Shown here in pieces: positions 39,147 to 54,676 of a stretch of 64,000 nt of DNA. A program made the translations under genes and the position numbers. Numbering within the stretch: position 1 is the first letter of the stretch; each line of letters starts with the position of its first letter. A model generated the notes under the pieces. The model did no database searches, was not told where the DNA came from, and saw only the letters and a list, made by a program, of their open reading frames with translations. Origin of the DNA: Schmidtea polychroa (Eukaryota); contig CM097885.1 of NCBI GenBank assembly GCA_044892525.1, positions 48,362,001-48,426,000 of the forward strand, in the 5' to 3' direction.

Positions 39147-41541
39147 TTCTGATAATGATAATAATATGACTAAAATGTACAAAATAAATAAAGTTCTTAC
39201 TATTTCTGAGTTAAACTTGTAAAAATAGTTCAAACCATAAATTAATCTAAACAAATATTTTGATGGAGATAAAATACGGAAATTTAACTAATGAAATGAA
39301 GATAGGAAAACAAAATTTAATCTTATATAACTCCAACAAATTGCGACCGTGGTATTCTGACCGAAATGACCCAGTACACTTGTTATATTTTTCAAGATTC
39401 TTTCGATATTTTTATTTGAAGTGACCCTGCAACATGTAATTGTAAGATATGAGCAAAACATTGTATATGAATGCAAATTCCTGATATTACTAGAAAATTT
39501 TGAGAAATCATAAAGAATCAAGACGAATCGAGGTAAATCGGAACATCAAAATGCGATTATAATCATAAAGTACAAGAAGCCAAAACCGTTCAACAATGAA
39601 TCTCATCTTTGTGATTGGGGGTTATACGTTTATTCACAGTTTGTTATGAAAATATTGAATATGAAAAATGCGTTGGGAGTGTTATTATTATTTATTGAAT
39701 ATTAAAGACCACAAAGAGTCAGAAATACCGATTGTAGTTTATTTGTTTAATTAAAAACACAAAAATTATTATTATACACGAGTGGTTATCAAATTTATTG
39801 CATAATTCTAGTATTTGGGTTCAAATATCAGGATATATGACTTTTTCTTTTATGGCAATAATAAAATAACTATATGTATAGTAAAATGATAAATGTTTTT
39901 AGGGAATGGTGGTTCAGTGGGCAAATACTCTTCTTGATTTTTGATGATGTCGGAAAGTTTTTGGTTCAAATTCCAGGAAGGATGACTTTTTTATTTTTTT
40001 TCAAAAATTTATTTTTAACATTTATTATTAGTAGAATATGAATCAGCATACTTTGTTTGCTATAAATTTAAAATTTCATAAAAATTGGTCAAGGATTTCT
40101 TATTTTAGGATAAAAAATAATATTTTGATATGAGACTCCAGTGGTTCTCACACTTTGTGGCGTTATCGAAGTCCCTGGATCTAAATCCAAAGAGGCGTGA
40201 TTTTTTCTTATATGATTATAATAAAATTAATATATGTATATTAAAATGATGTTTTAATGAGAATATTCAAAATATAATGCATTTTGGGTAAGAATAGAAC
40301 ATATATGTCGAAAATGTGTTTGAATGCCGATTTTGAAGACCATTGATAATAATTGTATATAGATGTCCACATATTAAAAATCATTGTTGGCTCTCAACTC
40401 TACCACTTTCCTATGTTGTCAAATAAGTAGAATGAGTTGAAGTGCACTCCAGAAGCTTTCGATTTCTGTAATCGGCATCGTGATATCAGAACCATGTCAA
40501 AAAAATTGAAAAAAAATCAAGATCCTGAGATTAGGAAGACACTTCAAAAAGAGATTTAGTTTGGAGTATGACTGTAGCGAAAAGGAGCGTTTTCCAGTTA
40601 CTCTAGCCAACTCTTCTTCCAGCTACGCCCAATCGTCCTCGAGTAAGTGCTTGCTAAAATAAGCATTCTAGTAATTAGATTTGTGATTTTAATTTAGTTG
40701 AAATTAAATTATAAATAATTATATGTTGTGTATAAATACTTAACAAGAATCGTGTTTAAATACAAAATTACAAATTTACAATAATATTTTGAAGTAGAAA
40801 TTATATAAGACATGCAAATGAATTTTATTTCAAAAATCAAGGCATAATAAGAATTAGAGGATGAAATTTAAAGTCTGTCGAAGCCAAATTTGCGAAAGCA
40901 TTCAATGCGAAGAATCGTAGAGATCAAGTACAAAAAAAGTCACATAAAATCTAACTGCCGAAGTGCAAGTATTAGTGAGATTTAAGCTTGACAAATAGAA
41001 GAAATTTAGAATACAGTATGAAAAACATTATGAAATTCTATGATATGTATCAGTTCGGTAATTTCAAAATTCAGTGAAGTCCAGAGATTAAATTAAGAAA
41101 GCGATGGAAGATAAATGAAGATGCAAAGAAAGAAGAAAATTAAAATGATGTTTGTTATAATAATAATTACGTTGTTTTAATATTATTTGTAAATATATAT
41201 ATTTTGTAAATGGAGGAAATTCTATTAAAGTTAAGATTTTGTCTCAATTGATTAAACTTATATTTTTCATTCTATTTATTTTATTGAATTGTAAAATTCA
41301 CAAATAATTTTAAAAAATTTATCAACATTAATTTATTAAGTCAAAATTAATAGAAAAAACTTTAAATATAGAAAAATTAAAATTTATTAGTTCTGCAATT
41401 TGGAGTGCTCAAACAATAATTGTCCACTTTGAGTGGTCCTATCTTGACATCAATGGACATTTATGTTGAATGTGATCTAATGAGGAACATTGTAAATTTT
41501 TCATTTTTATCTTTAATATATACATTTTGATTATATGATTC

Positions 41542-42252
41542 TTAATCTGAAACTGGATCATTTTTCTCGACCTTAAAATTATAGGCTACATAAGATTTAT
41601 TCCATGGATTATCAGGTGATTTCTCAAACTCTTTTAATAAAAGTTTTTTCAATTGACTAAATCGAAGTCCAGGGTTTTCTTTCTTTATTTCTGGCATGCG
41701 CTTCTCTTCAAATGCCAAATAAGCTACCTTAACTTTCTTTTCCACATGTCTGACTGGTTTATCTTTATCATTTAAAATGTTAAGTTTTTCGTCAACATTT
41801 CTTGCTTCGTCGTCATCAAAATCTAATTTATTGACATTTTCTGGAATCAGATCTTCAACCACCTCAACTACCTTTATCTTAATTCTTGCAGCTTCCTTTT
41901 GTTTCTTCTTCAATTCTTCTAATTGATAATGTGTAACTTTTTCTACAGGCGCTTTTTGATTATTAATTTCATTCATTTCTTTCAAGTGCAAATTTTGAAT
42001 TTCTTTCTTATTTTCTAAATGTTGTATCTTTTTTGCTTCTTTATTTTCCTAATAAAATAATATTAAGAATTTAGTGTTGGAATAAAAATCTATTACTTTT
42101 CGTTGATTTTTCCTATTTGTATACTTATCATCATCTTTCCAATATTTATCTTCAATTGCTTTTTGTTTTAATTCAATTTCACAGTTTTTCTTTTCCTGCT
42201 TTCTTGCTTTTGCTTCCACAGCTTTAGTATTTGCAGACATTTTCTTAGCCAT
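41542..42252 (-). CDS. CCDC124: CCDC124 copy 6 (synonymous variant)
   Basis: Intact; carries GTCCAGGGTTT. Confidence 0.95.
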
Positions 42253-44647
42253 TTCTGATAATGATAATAATATGACTAAAATGTACAAAATAAATAAAGT
42301 TCTTACTATTTCTGAGTTAAACTTGTAAAAATAGTTCAAACCATAAATTAATCTAAACAAATATTTTGATGGAGATAAAATACGGAAATTTAACTAATGA
42401 AATGAAGATAGGAAAACAAAATTTAATCTTATATAACTCCAACAAATTGCGACCGTGGTATTCTGACCGAAATGACCCAGTACACTTGTTATATTTTTCA
42501 AGATTCTTTCGATATTTTTATTTGAAGTGACCCTGCAACATGTAATTGTAAGATATGAGCAAAACATTGTATATGAATGCAAATTCCTGATATTACTAGA
42601 AAATTTTGAGAAATCATAAAGAATCAAGACGAATCGAGGTAAATCGGAACATCAAAATGCGATTATAATCATAAAGTACAAGAAGCCAAAACCGTTCAAC
42701 AATGAATCTCATCTTTGTGATTGGGGGTTATACGTTTATTCACAGTTTGTTATGAAAATATTGAATATGAAAAATGCGTTGGGAGTGTTATTATTATTTA
42801 TTGAATATTAAAGACCACAAAGAGTCAGAAATACCGATTGTAGTTTATTTGTTTAATTAAAAACACAAAAATTATTATTATACACGAGTGGTTATCAAAT
42901 TTATTGCATAATTCTAGTATTTGGGTTCAAATATCAGGATATATGACTTTTTCTTTTATGGCAATAATAAAATAACTATATGTATAGTAAAATGATAAAT
43001 GTTTTTAGGGAATGGTGGTTCAGTGGGCAAATACTCTTCTTGATTTTTGATGATGTCGGAAAGTTTTTGGTTCAAAATCCAGGAAGGATGACTTTTTTAT
43101 TTTTTTTCAAAAATTTATTTTTAACATTTATTATTAGTAGAATATGAATCAGCATACTTTGTTTGCTATAAATTTAAAATTTCATAAAAATTGGTCAAGG
43201 ATTTCTTATTTTAGGATAAAAAATAATATTTTGATATGAGACTCCAGTGGTTCTCACACTTTGTGGCGTTATCGAAGTCCCTGGATCTAAATCCAAAGAG
43301 GCGTGATTTTTTCTTATATGATTATAATAAAATTAATATATGTATATTAAAATGATGTTTTAATGAGAATATTCAAAATATAATGCATTTTGGGTAAGAA
43401 TAGAACATATATGTCGAAAATGTGTTTGAATGCCGATTTTGAAGACCATTGATAATAATTGTATATAGATGTCCACATATTAAAAATCATTGTTGGCTCT
43501 CAACTCTACCACTTTCCTATGTTGTCAAATAAGCAGAACGAGCTGGAGTGCATTTCAGAAACTTTCGATGTCTGTAATAGGCATCATGACATCAGAACCA
43601 CGTCAACAAATTGAGAAAAAGATCAAGATCATGAGATTAGGAAGACACGTCAAAAAGAGATTTAGTTTGAAGTACGACTGTAGCGAAAAGGAGCGTTTTC
43701 CAGTTACTCTGGCCAACTCTTCTTCCAGCTACGCCCAATCGTCCTCGAGTAAGTGCTTGCTAAAATAAGCATTCTAGTAATTAGATTTGTGATTTTAATT
43801 TAGTTGAAATTAAATTATAAATAATTATATGTTGTGTATAAATACTTAACAAGAATCGTGTTTAAATACAAAATTACAAATTTACAATAATATTTTGAAG
43901 TAGAAATTATATAAGACATGCAAATGAATTTTATTTCAAAAATCAAGGCATAATAAGAATTAGAGGATGAAATTTAAAGTCTGTCGAAGCCAAATTTGCG
44001 AAAGCATTCAATGCGAAGAATCGTAGAGATCAAGTACAAAAAAAGTCACATAAAATCTAACTGCCGAAGTGCAAGTATTAGTGAGATTTAAGCTTGACAA
44101 ATAGAAGAAATTTAGAATACAGTATGAAAAACATTATGAAATTCTATGATATGTATCAGTTCGGTAATTTCAAAATTCAGTGAAGTCCAGAGATTAAATT
44201 AAGAAAGCGATGGAAGATAAATGAAGATGCAAAGAAAGAAGAAAATTAAAATGATGTTTGTTATAATAATAATTACGTTGTTTTAATATTATTTGTAAAT
44301 ATATATATTTTGTAAATGGAGGAAATTCTATTAAAGTTAAGATTTTGTCTCAATTGATTAAACTTATATTTTTCATTCTATTTATTTTATTGAATTGTAA
44401 AATTCACAAATAATTTTAAAAAATTTATCAACATTAATTTATTAAGTCAAAATTAATAGAAAAAACTTTAAATATAGAAAAATTAAAATTTATTAGTTCT
44501 GCAATTTGGAGTGCTCAAACAATAATTGTCCACTTTGAGTGGTCCTATCTTGACATCAATGGACATTTATGTTGAATGTGATCTAATGAGGAACATTGTA
44601 AATTTTTCATTTTTATCTTTAATATATACATTTTGATTATATGATTC

Positions 44648-45358
44648 TTAATCTGAAACTGGATCATTTTTCTCGACCTTAAAATTATAGGCTACATAAG
44701 ATTTATTCCATGGATTATCAGGTGATTTCTCAAACTCTTTTAATAAAAGTTTTTTCAATTGACTAAATCGAAGTCCAGGATTTTCTTTCTTTATTTCTGG
44801 CATGCGCTTCTCTTCAAATGCCAAATAAGCTACCTTAACTTTCTTTTCCACATGTCTGACTGGTTTATCTTTATCATTTAAAATGTTAAGTTTTTCGTCA
44901 ACATTTCTTGCTTCGTCGTCATCAAAATCTAATTTATTGACATTTTCTGGAATCAGATCTTCAACCACCTCAACTACCTTTATCTTAATTCTTGCAGCTT
45001 CCTTTTGTTTCTTCTTCAATTCTTCTAATTGATAATGTGTAACTTTTTCTACAGGCGCTTTTTGATTATTAATTTCATTCATTTCTTTCAAGTGCAAATT
45101 TTGAATTTCTTTCTTATTTTCTAAATGTTGTATCTTTTTTGCTTCTTTATTTTCCTAATAAAATAATATTAAGAATTTAGTGTTGGAATAAAAATCTATT
45201 ACTTTTCGTTGATTTTTCCTATTTGTATACTTATCATCATCTTTCCAATATTTATCTTCAATTGCTTTTTGTTTTAATTCAATTTCACAGTTTTTCTTTT
45301 CCTGCTTTCTTGCTTTTGCTTCCACAGCTTTAGTATTTGCAGACATTTTCTTAGCCAT
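44648..45358 (-). CDS. CCDC124: CCDC124 copy 7
   Basis: Intact; ends VSD*. Confidence 0.95.
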
Positions 45359-47753
45359 TTCTGATAATGATAATAATATGACTAAAATGTACAAAATAAA
45401 TAAAGTTCTTACTATTTCTGAGTTAAACTTGTAAAAATAGTTCAAACCATAAATTAATCTAAACAAATATTTTGATGGAGATAAAATACGGAAATTTAAC
45501 TAATGAAATGAAGATAGGAAAACAAAATTTAATCTTATATAACTCCAACAAATTGCGACCGTGGTATTCTGACCGAAATGACCCAGTACACTTGTTATAT
45601 TTTTCAAGATTCTTTCGATATTTTTATTTGAAGTGACCCTGCAACATGTAATTGTAAGATATGAGCAAAACATTGTATATGAATGCAAATTCCTGATATT
45701 ACTAGAAAATTTTGAGAAATCATAAAGAATCAAGACGAATCGAGGTAAATCGGAACATCAAAATGCGATTATAATCATAAAGTACAAGAAGCCAAAACCG
45801 TTCAACAATGAATCTCATCTTTGTGATTGGGGGTTATACGTTTATTCACAGTTTGTTATGAAAATATTGAATATGAAAAATGCGTTGGGAGTGTTATTAT
45901 TATTTATTGAATATTAAAGACCACAAAGAGTCAGAAATACCGATTGTAGTTTATTTGTTTAATTAAAAACACAAAAATTATTATTATACACGAGTGGTTA
46001 TCAAATTTATTGCATAATTCTAGTATTTGGGTTCAAATATCAGGATATATGACTTTTTCTTTTATGGCAATAATAAAATAACTATATGTATAGTAAAATG
46101 ATAAATGTTTTTAGGGAATGGTGGTTCAGTGGGCAAATACTCTTCTTGATTTTTGATGATGTCGGAAAGTTTTTGGTTCAAAATCCAGGAAGGATGACTT
46201 TTTTATTTTTTTTCAAAAATTTATTTTTAACATTTATTATTAGTAGAATATGAATCAGCATACTTTGTTTGCTATAAATTTAAAATTTCATAAAAATTGG
46301 TCAAGGATTTCTTATTTTAGGATAAAAAATAATATTTTGATATGAGACTCCAGTGGTTCTCACACTTTGTGGCGTTATCGAAGTCCCTGGATCTAAATCC
46401 AAAGAGGCGTGATTTTTTCTTATATGATTATAATAAAATTAATATATGTATATTAAAATGATGTTTTAATGAGAATATTCAAAATATAATGCATTTTGGG
46501 TAAGAATAGAACATATATGTCGAAAATGTGTTTGAATGCCGATTTTGAAGACCATTGATAATAATTGTATATAGATGTCCACATATTAAAAATCATTGTT
46601 GGCTCTCAACTCTACCACTTTCCTATGTTGTCAAATAAGCAGAACGAGCTGGAGTGCATTTCAGAAACTTTCGATGTCTGTAATAGGCATCATGACATCA
46701 GAACCACGTCAACAAATTGAGAAAAAGATCAAGATCATGAGATTAGGAAGACACGTCAAAAAGAGATTTAGTTTGAAGTACGACTGTAGCGAAAAGGAGC
46801 GTTTTCCAGTTACTCTGGCCAACTCTTCTTCCAGCTACGCCCAATCGTCCTCGAGTAAGTGCTTGCTAAAATAAGCATTCTAGTAATTAGATTTGTGATT
46901 TTAATTTAGTTGAAATTAAATTATAAATAATTATATGTTGTGTATAAATACTTAACAAGAATCGTGTTTAAATACAAAATTACAAATTTACAATAATATT
47001 TTGAAGTAGAAATTATATAAGACATGCAAATGAATTTTATTTCAAAAATCAAGGCATAATAAGAATTAGAGGATGAAATTTAAAGTCTGTCGAAGCCAAA
47101 TTTGCGAAAGCATTCAATGCGAAGAATCGTAGAGATCAAGTACAAAAAAAGTCACATAAAATCTAACTGCCGAAGTGCAAGTATTAGTGAGATTTAAGCT
47201 TGACAAATAGAAGAAATTTAGAATACAGTATGAAAAACATTATGAAATTCTATGATATGTATCAGTTCGGTAATTTCAAAATTCAGTGAAGTCCAGAGAT
47301 TAAATTAAGAAAGCGATGGAAGATAAATGAAGATGCAAAGAAAGAAGAAAATTAAAATGATGTTTGTTATAATAATAATTACGTTGTTTTAATATTATTT
47401 GTAAATATATATATTTTGTAAATGGAGGAAATTCTATTAAAGTTAAGATTTTGTCTCAATTGATTAAACTTATATTTTTCATTCTATTTATTTTATTGAA
47501 TTGTAAAATTCACAAATAATTTTAAAAAATTTATCAACATTAATTTATTAAGTCAAAATTAATAGAAAAAACTTTAAATATAGAAAAATTAAAATTTATT
47601 AGTTCTGCAATTTGGAGTGCTCAAACAATAATTGTCCACTTTGAGTGGTCCTATCTTGACATCAATGGACATTTATGTTGAATGTGATCTAATGAGGAAC
47701 ATTGTAAATTTTTCATTTTTATCTTTAATATATACATTTTGATTATATGATTC

Positions 47754-48464
47754 TTAATTTGAAACTGGATCATTTTTCTCGACCTTAAAATTATAGGCTA
47801 CATAAGATTTATTCCATGGATTATCAGGTGATTTCTCAAACTCTTTTAATAAAAGTTTTTTCAATTGACTAAATCGAAGTCCAGGATTTTCTTTCTTTAT
47901 TTCTGGCATGCGCTTCTCTTCAAATGCCAAATAAGCTACCTTAACTTTCTTTTCCACATGTCTGACTGGTTTATCTTTATCATTTAAAATGTTAAGTTTT
48001 TCGTCAACATTTCTTGCTTCGTCGTCATCAAAATCTAATTTATTGACATTTTCTGGAATCAGATCTTCAACCACCTCAACTACCTTTATCTTAATTCTTG
48101 CAGCTTCCTTTTGTTTCTTCTTCAATTCTTCTAATTGATAATGTGTAACTTTTTCTACAGGCGCTTTTTGATTATTAATTTCATTCATTTCTTTCAAGTG
48201 CAAATTTTGAATTTCTTTCTTATTTTCTAAATGTTGTATCTTTTTTGCTTCTTTATTTTCCTAATAAAATAATATTAAGAATTTAGTGTTGGAATAAAAA
48301 TCTATTACTTTTCGTTGATTTTTCCTATTTGTATACTTATCATCATCTTTCCAATATTTATCTTCAATTGCTTTTTGTTTTAATTCAATTTCACAGTTTT
48401 TCTTTTCCTGCTTTCTTGCTTTTGCTTCCACAGCTTTAGTATTTGCAGACATTTTCTTAGCCAT
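47754..48464 (-). CDS. CCDC124: CCDC124 copy 8 (D220N)
   Basis: Intact; ends VSN*. Confidence 0.95.
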
Positions 48465-50859
48465 TTCTGATAATGATAATAATATGACTAAAATGTACAA
48501 AATAAATAAAGTTCTTACTATTTCTGAGTTAAACTTGTAAAAATAGTTCAAACCATAAATTAATCTAAACAAATATTTTGATGGAGATAAAATACGGAAA
48601 TTTAACTAATGAAATGAAGATAGGAAAACAAAATTTAATCTTATATAACTCCAACAAATTGCGACCGTGGTATTCTGACCGAAATGACCCAGTACACTTG
48701 TTATATTTTTCAAGATTCTTTCGATATTTTTATTTGAAGTGACCCTGCAACATGTAATTGTAAGATATGAGCAAAACATTGTATATGAATGCAAATTCCT
48801 GATATTACTAGAAAATTTTGAGAAATCATAAAGAATCAAGACGAATCGAGGTAAATCGGAACATCAAAATGCGATTATAATCATAAAGTACAAGAAGCCA
48901 AAACCGTTCAACAATGAATCTCATCTTTGTGATTGGGGGTTATACGTTTATTCACAGTTTGTTATGAAAATATTGAATATGAAAAATGCGTTGGGAGTGT
49001 TATTATTATTTATTGAATATTAAAGACCACAAAGAGTCAGAAATACCGATTGTAGTTTATTTGTTTAATTAAAAACACAAAAATTATTATTATACACGAG
49101 TGGTTATCAAATTTATTGCATAATTCTAGTATTTGGGTTCAAATATCAGGATATATGACTTTTTCTTTTATGGCAATAATAAAATAACTATATGTATAGT
49201 AAAATGATAAATGTTTTTAGGGAATGGTGGTTCAGTGGGCAAATACTCTTCTTGATTTTTGATGATGTCGGAAAGTTTTTGGTTCAAATTCCAGGAAGGA
49301 TGACTTTTTTATTTTTTTTCAAAAATTTATTTTTAACATTTATTATTAGTAGAATATGAATCAGCATACTTTGTTTGCTATAAATTTAAAATTTCATAAA
49401 AATTGGTCAAGGATTTCTTATTTTAGGATAAAAAATAATATTTTGATATGAGACTCCAGTGGTTCTCACACTTTGTGGCGTTATCGAAGTCCCTGGATCT
49501 AAATCCAAAGAGGCGTGATTTTTTCTTATATGATTATAATAAAATTAATATATGTATATTAAAATGATGTTTTAATGAGAATATTCAAAATATAATGCAT
49601 TTTGGGTAAGAATAGAACATATATGTCGAAAATGTGTTTGAATGCCGATTTTGAAGACCATTGATAATAATTGTATATAGATGTCCACATATTAAAAATC
49701 ATTGTTGGCTCTCAACTCTACCACTTTCCTATGTTGTCAAATAAGCAGAACGAGCTGGAATGCATTTCAGAAACTTTCGATGTCTGTAATAGGCATCATG
49801 ACATCAGAACCACGTCAACAAATTGAGAAAAAGATCAAGATCATGAGATTAGGAAGACACGTCAAAAAGAGATTTAGTTTGAAGTACGACTGTAGCGAAA
49901 AGGAGCGTTTTCCAGTTACTCTGGCCAACTCTTCTTCCAGCTACGCCCAATCGTCCTCGAGTAAGTGCTTGCTAAAATAAGCATTCTAGTAATTAGATTT
50001 GTGATTTTAATTTAGTTGAAATTAAATTATAAATAATTATATGTTGTGTATAAATACTTAACAAGAATCGTGTTTAAATACAAAATTACAAATTTACAAT
50101 AATATTTTGAAGTAGAAATTATATAAGACATGCAAATGAATTTTATTTCAAAAATCAAGGCATAATAAGAATTAGAGGATGAAATTTAAAGTCTGTCGAA
50201 GCCAAATTTGCGAAAGCATTCAATGCGAAGAATCGTAGAGATCAAGTACAAAAAAAGTCACATAAAATCTAACTGCCGAAGTGCAAGTATTAGTGAGATT
50301 TAAGCTTGACAAATAGAAGAAATTTAGAATACAGTATGAAAAACATTATGAAATTCTATGATATGTATCAGTTCGGTAATTTCAAAATTCAGTGAAGTCC
50401 AGAGATTAAATTAAGAAAGCGATGGAAGATAAATGAAGATGCAAAGAAAGAAGAAAATTAAAATGATGTTTGTTATAATAATAATTACGTTGTTTTAATA
50501 TTATTTGTAAATATATATATTTTGTAAATGGAGGAAATTCTATTAAAGTTAAGATTTTGTCTCAATTGATTAAACTTATATTTTTCATTCTATTTATTTT
50601 ATTGAATTGTAAAATTCACAAATAATTTTAAAAAATTTATCAACATTAATTTATTAAGTCAAAATTAATAGAAAAAACTTTAAATATAGAAAAATTAAAA
50701 TTTATTAGTTCTGCAATTTGGAGTGCTCAAACAATAATTGTCCACTTTGAGTGGTCCTATCTTGACATCAATGGACATTTATGTTGAATGTGATCTAATG
50801 AGGAACATTGTAAATTTTTCATTTTTATCTTTAATATATACATTTTGATTATATGATTC

Positions 50860-51570
50860 TTAATCTGAAACTGGATCATTTTTCTCGACCTTAAAATTAT
50901 AGGCTACATAAGATTTATTCCATGGATTATCAGGTGATTTCTCAAACTCTTTTAATAAAAGTTTTTTCAATTGACTAAATCGAAGTCCAGGATTTTCTTT
51001 CTTTATTTCTGGCATGCGCTTCTCTTCAAATGCCAAATAAGCTACCTTAACTTTCTTTTCCACATGTCTGACTGGTTTATCTTTATCATTTAAAATGTTA
51101 AGTTTTTCGTCAACATTTCTTGCTTCGTCGTCATCAAAATCTAATTTATTGACATTTTCTGGAATCAGATCTTCAACCACCTCAACTACCTTTATCTTAA
51201 TTCTTGCAGCTTCCTTTTGTTTCTTCTTCAATTCTTCTAATTGATAATGTGTAACTTTTTCTACAGGCGCTTTTTGATTATTAATTTCATTCATTTCTTT
51301 CAAGTGCAAATTTTGAATTTCTTTCTTATTTTCTAAATGTTGTATCTTTTTTGCTTCTTTATTTTCCTAATAAAATAATATTAAGAATTTAGTGTTGGAA
51401 TAAAAATCTATTACTTTTCGTTGATTTTTCCTATTTGTATACTTATCATCATCTTTCCAATATTTATCTTCAATTGCTTTTTGTTTTAATTCAATTTCAC
51501 AGTTTTTCTTTTCCTGCTTTCTTGCTTTTGCTTCCACAGCTTTAGTATTTGCAGACATTTTCTTAGCCAT
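50860..51570 (-). CDS. CCDC124: CCDC124 copy 9
   Basis: Intact; ends VSD*. Confidence 0.95.
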
Positions 51571-53965
51571 TTCTGATAATGATAATAATATGACTAAAAT
51601 GTACAAAATAAATAAAGTTCTTACTATTTCTGAGTTAAACTTGTAAAAATAGTTCAAACCATAAATTAATCTAAACAAATATTTTGATGGAGATAAAATA
51701 CGGAAATTTAACTAATGAAATGAAGATAGGAAAACAAAATTTAATCTTATATAACTCCAACAAATTGCGACCGTGGTATTCTGACCGAAATGACCCAGTA
51801 CACTTGTTATATTTTTCAAGATTCTTTCGATATTTTTATTTGAAGTGACCCTGCAACATGTAATTGTAAGATATGAGCAAAACATTGTATATGAATGCAA
51901 ATTCCTGATATTACTAGAAAATTTTGAGAAATCATAAAGAATCAAGACGAATCGAGGTAAATCGGAACATCAAAATGCGATTATAATCATAAAGTACAAG
52001 AAGCCAAAACCGTTCAACAATGAATCTCATCTTTGTGATTGGGGGTTATACGTTTATTCACAGTTTGTTATGAAAATATTGAATATGAAAAATGCGTTGG
52101 GAGTGTTATTATTATTTATTGAATATTAAAGACCACAAAGAGTCAGAAATACCGATTGTAGTTTATTTGTTTAATTAAAAACACAAAAATTATTATTATA
52201 CACGAGTGGTTATCAAATTTATTGCATAATTCTAGTATTTGGGTTCAAATATCAGGATATATGACTTTTTCTTTTATGGCAATAATAAAATAACTATATG
52301 TATAGTAAAATGATAAATGTTTTTAGGGAATGGTGGTTCAGTGGGCAAATACTCTTCTTGATTTTTGATGATGTCGGAAAGTTTTTGGTTCAAATTCCAG
52401 GAAGGATGACTTTTTTATTTTTTTTCAAAAATTTATTTTTAACATTTATTATTAGTAGAATATGAATCAGCATACTTTGTTTGCTATAAATTTAAAATTT
52501 CATAAAAATTGGTCAAGGATTTCTTATTTTAGGATAAAAAATAATATTTTGATATGAGACTCCAGTGGTTCTCACACTTTGTGGCGTTATCGAAGTCCCT
52601 GGATCTAAATCCAAAGAGGCGTGATTTTTTCTTATATGATTATAATAAAATTAATATATGTATATTAAAATGATGTTTTAATGAGAATATTCAAAATATA
52701 ATGCATTTTGGGTAAGAATAGAACATATATGTCGAAAATGTGTTTGAATGCCGATTTTGAAGACCATTGATAATAATTGTATATAGATGTCCACATATTA
52801 AAAATCATTGTTGGCTCTCAACTCTACCACTTTCCTATGTTGTCAAATAAGCAGAACGAGCTGGAATGCATTTCAGAAACTTTCGATGTCTGTAATAGGC
52901 ATCATGACATCAGAACCACGTCAACAAATTGAGAAAAAGATCAAGATCATGAGATTAGGAAGACACGTCAAAAAGAGATTTAGTTTGAAGTACGACTGTA
53001 GCGAAAAGGAGCGTTTTCCAGTTACTCTGGCCAACTCTTCTTCCAGCTACGCCCAATCGTCCTCGAGTAAGTGCTTGCTAAAATAAGCATTCTAGTAATT
53101 AGATTTGTGATTTTAATTTAGTTGAAATTAAATTATAAATAATTATATGTTGTGTATAAATACTTAACAAGAATCGTGTTTAAATACAAAATTACAAATT
53201 TACAATAATATTTTGAAGTAGAAATTATATAAGACATGCAAATGAATTTTATTTCAAAAATCAAGGCATAATAAGAATTAGAGGATGAAATTTAAAGTCT
53301 GTCGAAGCCAAATTTGCGAAAGCATTCAATGCGAAGAATCGTAGAGATCAAGTACAAAAAAAGTCACATAAAATCTAACTGCCGAAGTGCAAGTATTAGT
53401 GAGATTTAAGCTTGACAAATAGAAGAAATTTAGAATACAGTATGAAAAACATTATGAAATTCTATGATATGTATCAGTTCGGTAATTTCAAAATTCAGTG
53501 AAGTCCAGAGATTAAATTAAGAAAGCGATGGAAGATAAATGAAGATGCAAAGAAAGAAGAAAATTAAAATGATGTTTGTTATAATAATAATTACGTTGTT
53601 TTAATATTATTTGTAAATATATATATTTTGTAAATGGAGGAAATTCTATTAAAGTTAAGATTTTGTCTCAATTGATTAAACTTATATTTTTCATTCTATT
53701 TATTTTATTGAATTGTAAAATTCACAAATAATTTTAAAAAATTTATCAACATTAATTTATTAAGTCAAAATTAATAGAAAAAACTTTAAATATAGAAAAA
53801 TTAAAATTTATTAGTTCTGCAATTTGGAGTGCTCAAACAATAATTGTCCACTTTGAGTGGTCCTATCTTGACATCAATGGACATTTATGTTGAATGTGAT
53901 CTAATGAGGAACATTGTAAATTTTTCATTTTTATCTTTAATATATACATTTTGATTATATGATTC

Positions 53966-54676
53966 TTAATCTGAAACTGGATCATTTTTCTCGACCTTAA
54001 AATTATAGGCTACATAAGATTTATTCCATGGATTATCAGGTGATTTCTCAAACTCTTTTAATAAAAGTTTTTTCAATTGACTAAATCGAAGTCCAGGATT
54101 TTCTTTCTTTATTTCTGGCATGCGCTTCTCTTCAAATGCCAAATAAGCTACCTTAACTTTCTTTTCCACATGTCTGACTGGTTTATCTTTATCATTTAAA
54201 ATGTTAAGTTTTTCGTCAACATTTCTTGCTTCGTCGTCATCAAAATCTAATTTATTGACATTTTCTGGAATCAGATCTTCAACCACCTCAACTACCTTTA
54301 TCTTAATTCTTGCAGCTTCCTTTTGTTTCTTCTTCAATTCTTCTAATTGATAATGTGTAACTTTTTCTACAGGCGCTTTTTGATTATTAATTTCATTCAT
54401 TTCTTTCAAGTGCAAATTTTGAATTTCTTTCTTATTTTCTAAATGTTGTATCTTTTTTGCTTCTTTATTTTCCTAATAAAATAATATTAAGAATTTAGTG
54501 TTGGAATAAAAATCTATTACTTTTCGTTGATTTTTCCTATTTGTATACTTATCATCATCTTTCCAATATTTATCTTCAATTGCTTTTTGTTTTAATTCAA
54601 TTTCACAGTTTTTCTTTTCCTGCTTTCTTGCTTTTGCTTCCACAGCTTTAGTATTTGCAGACATTTTCTTAGCCAT
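53966..54676 (-). CDS. CCDC124: CCDC124 copy 10
   Basis: Intact; ends VSD*. Confidence 0.95.
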
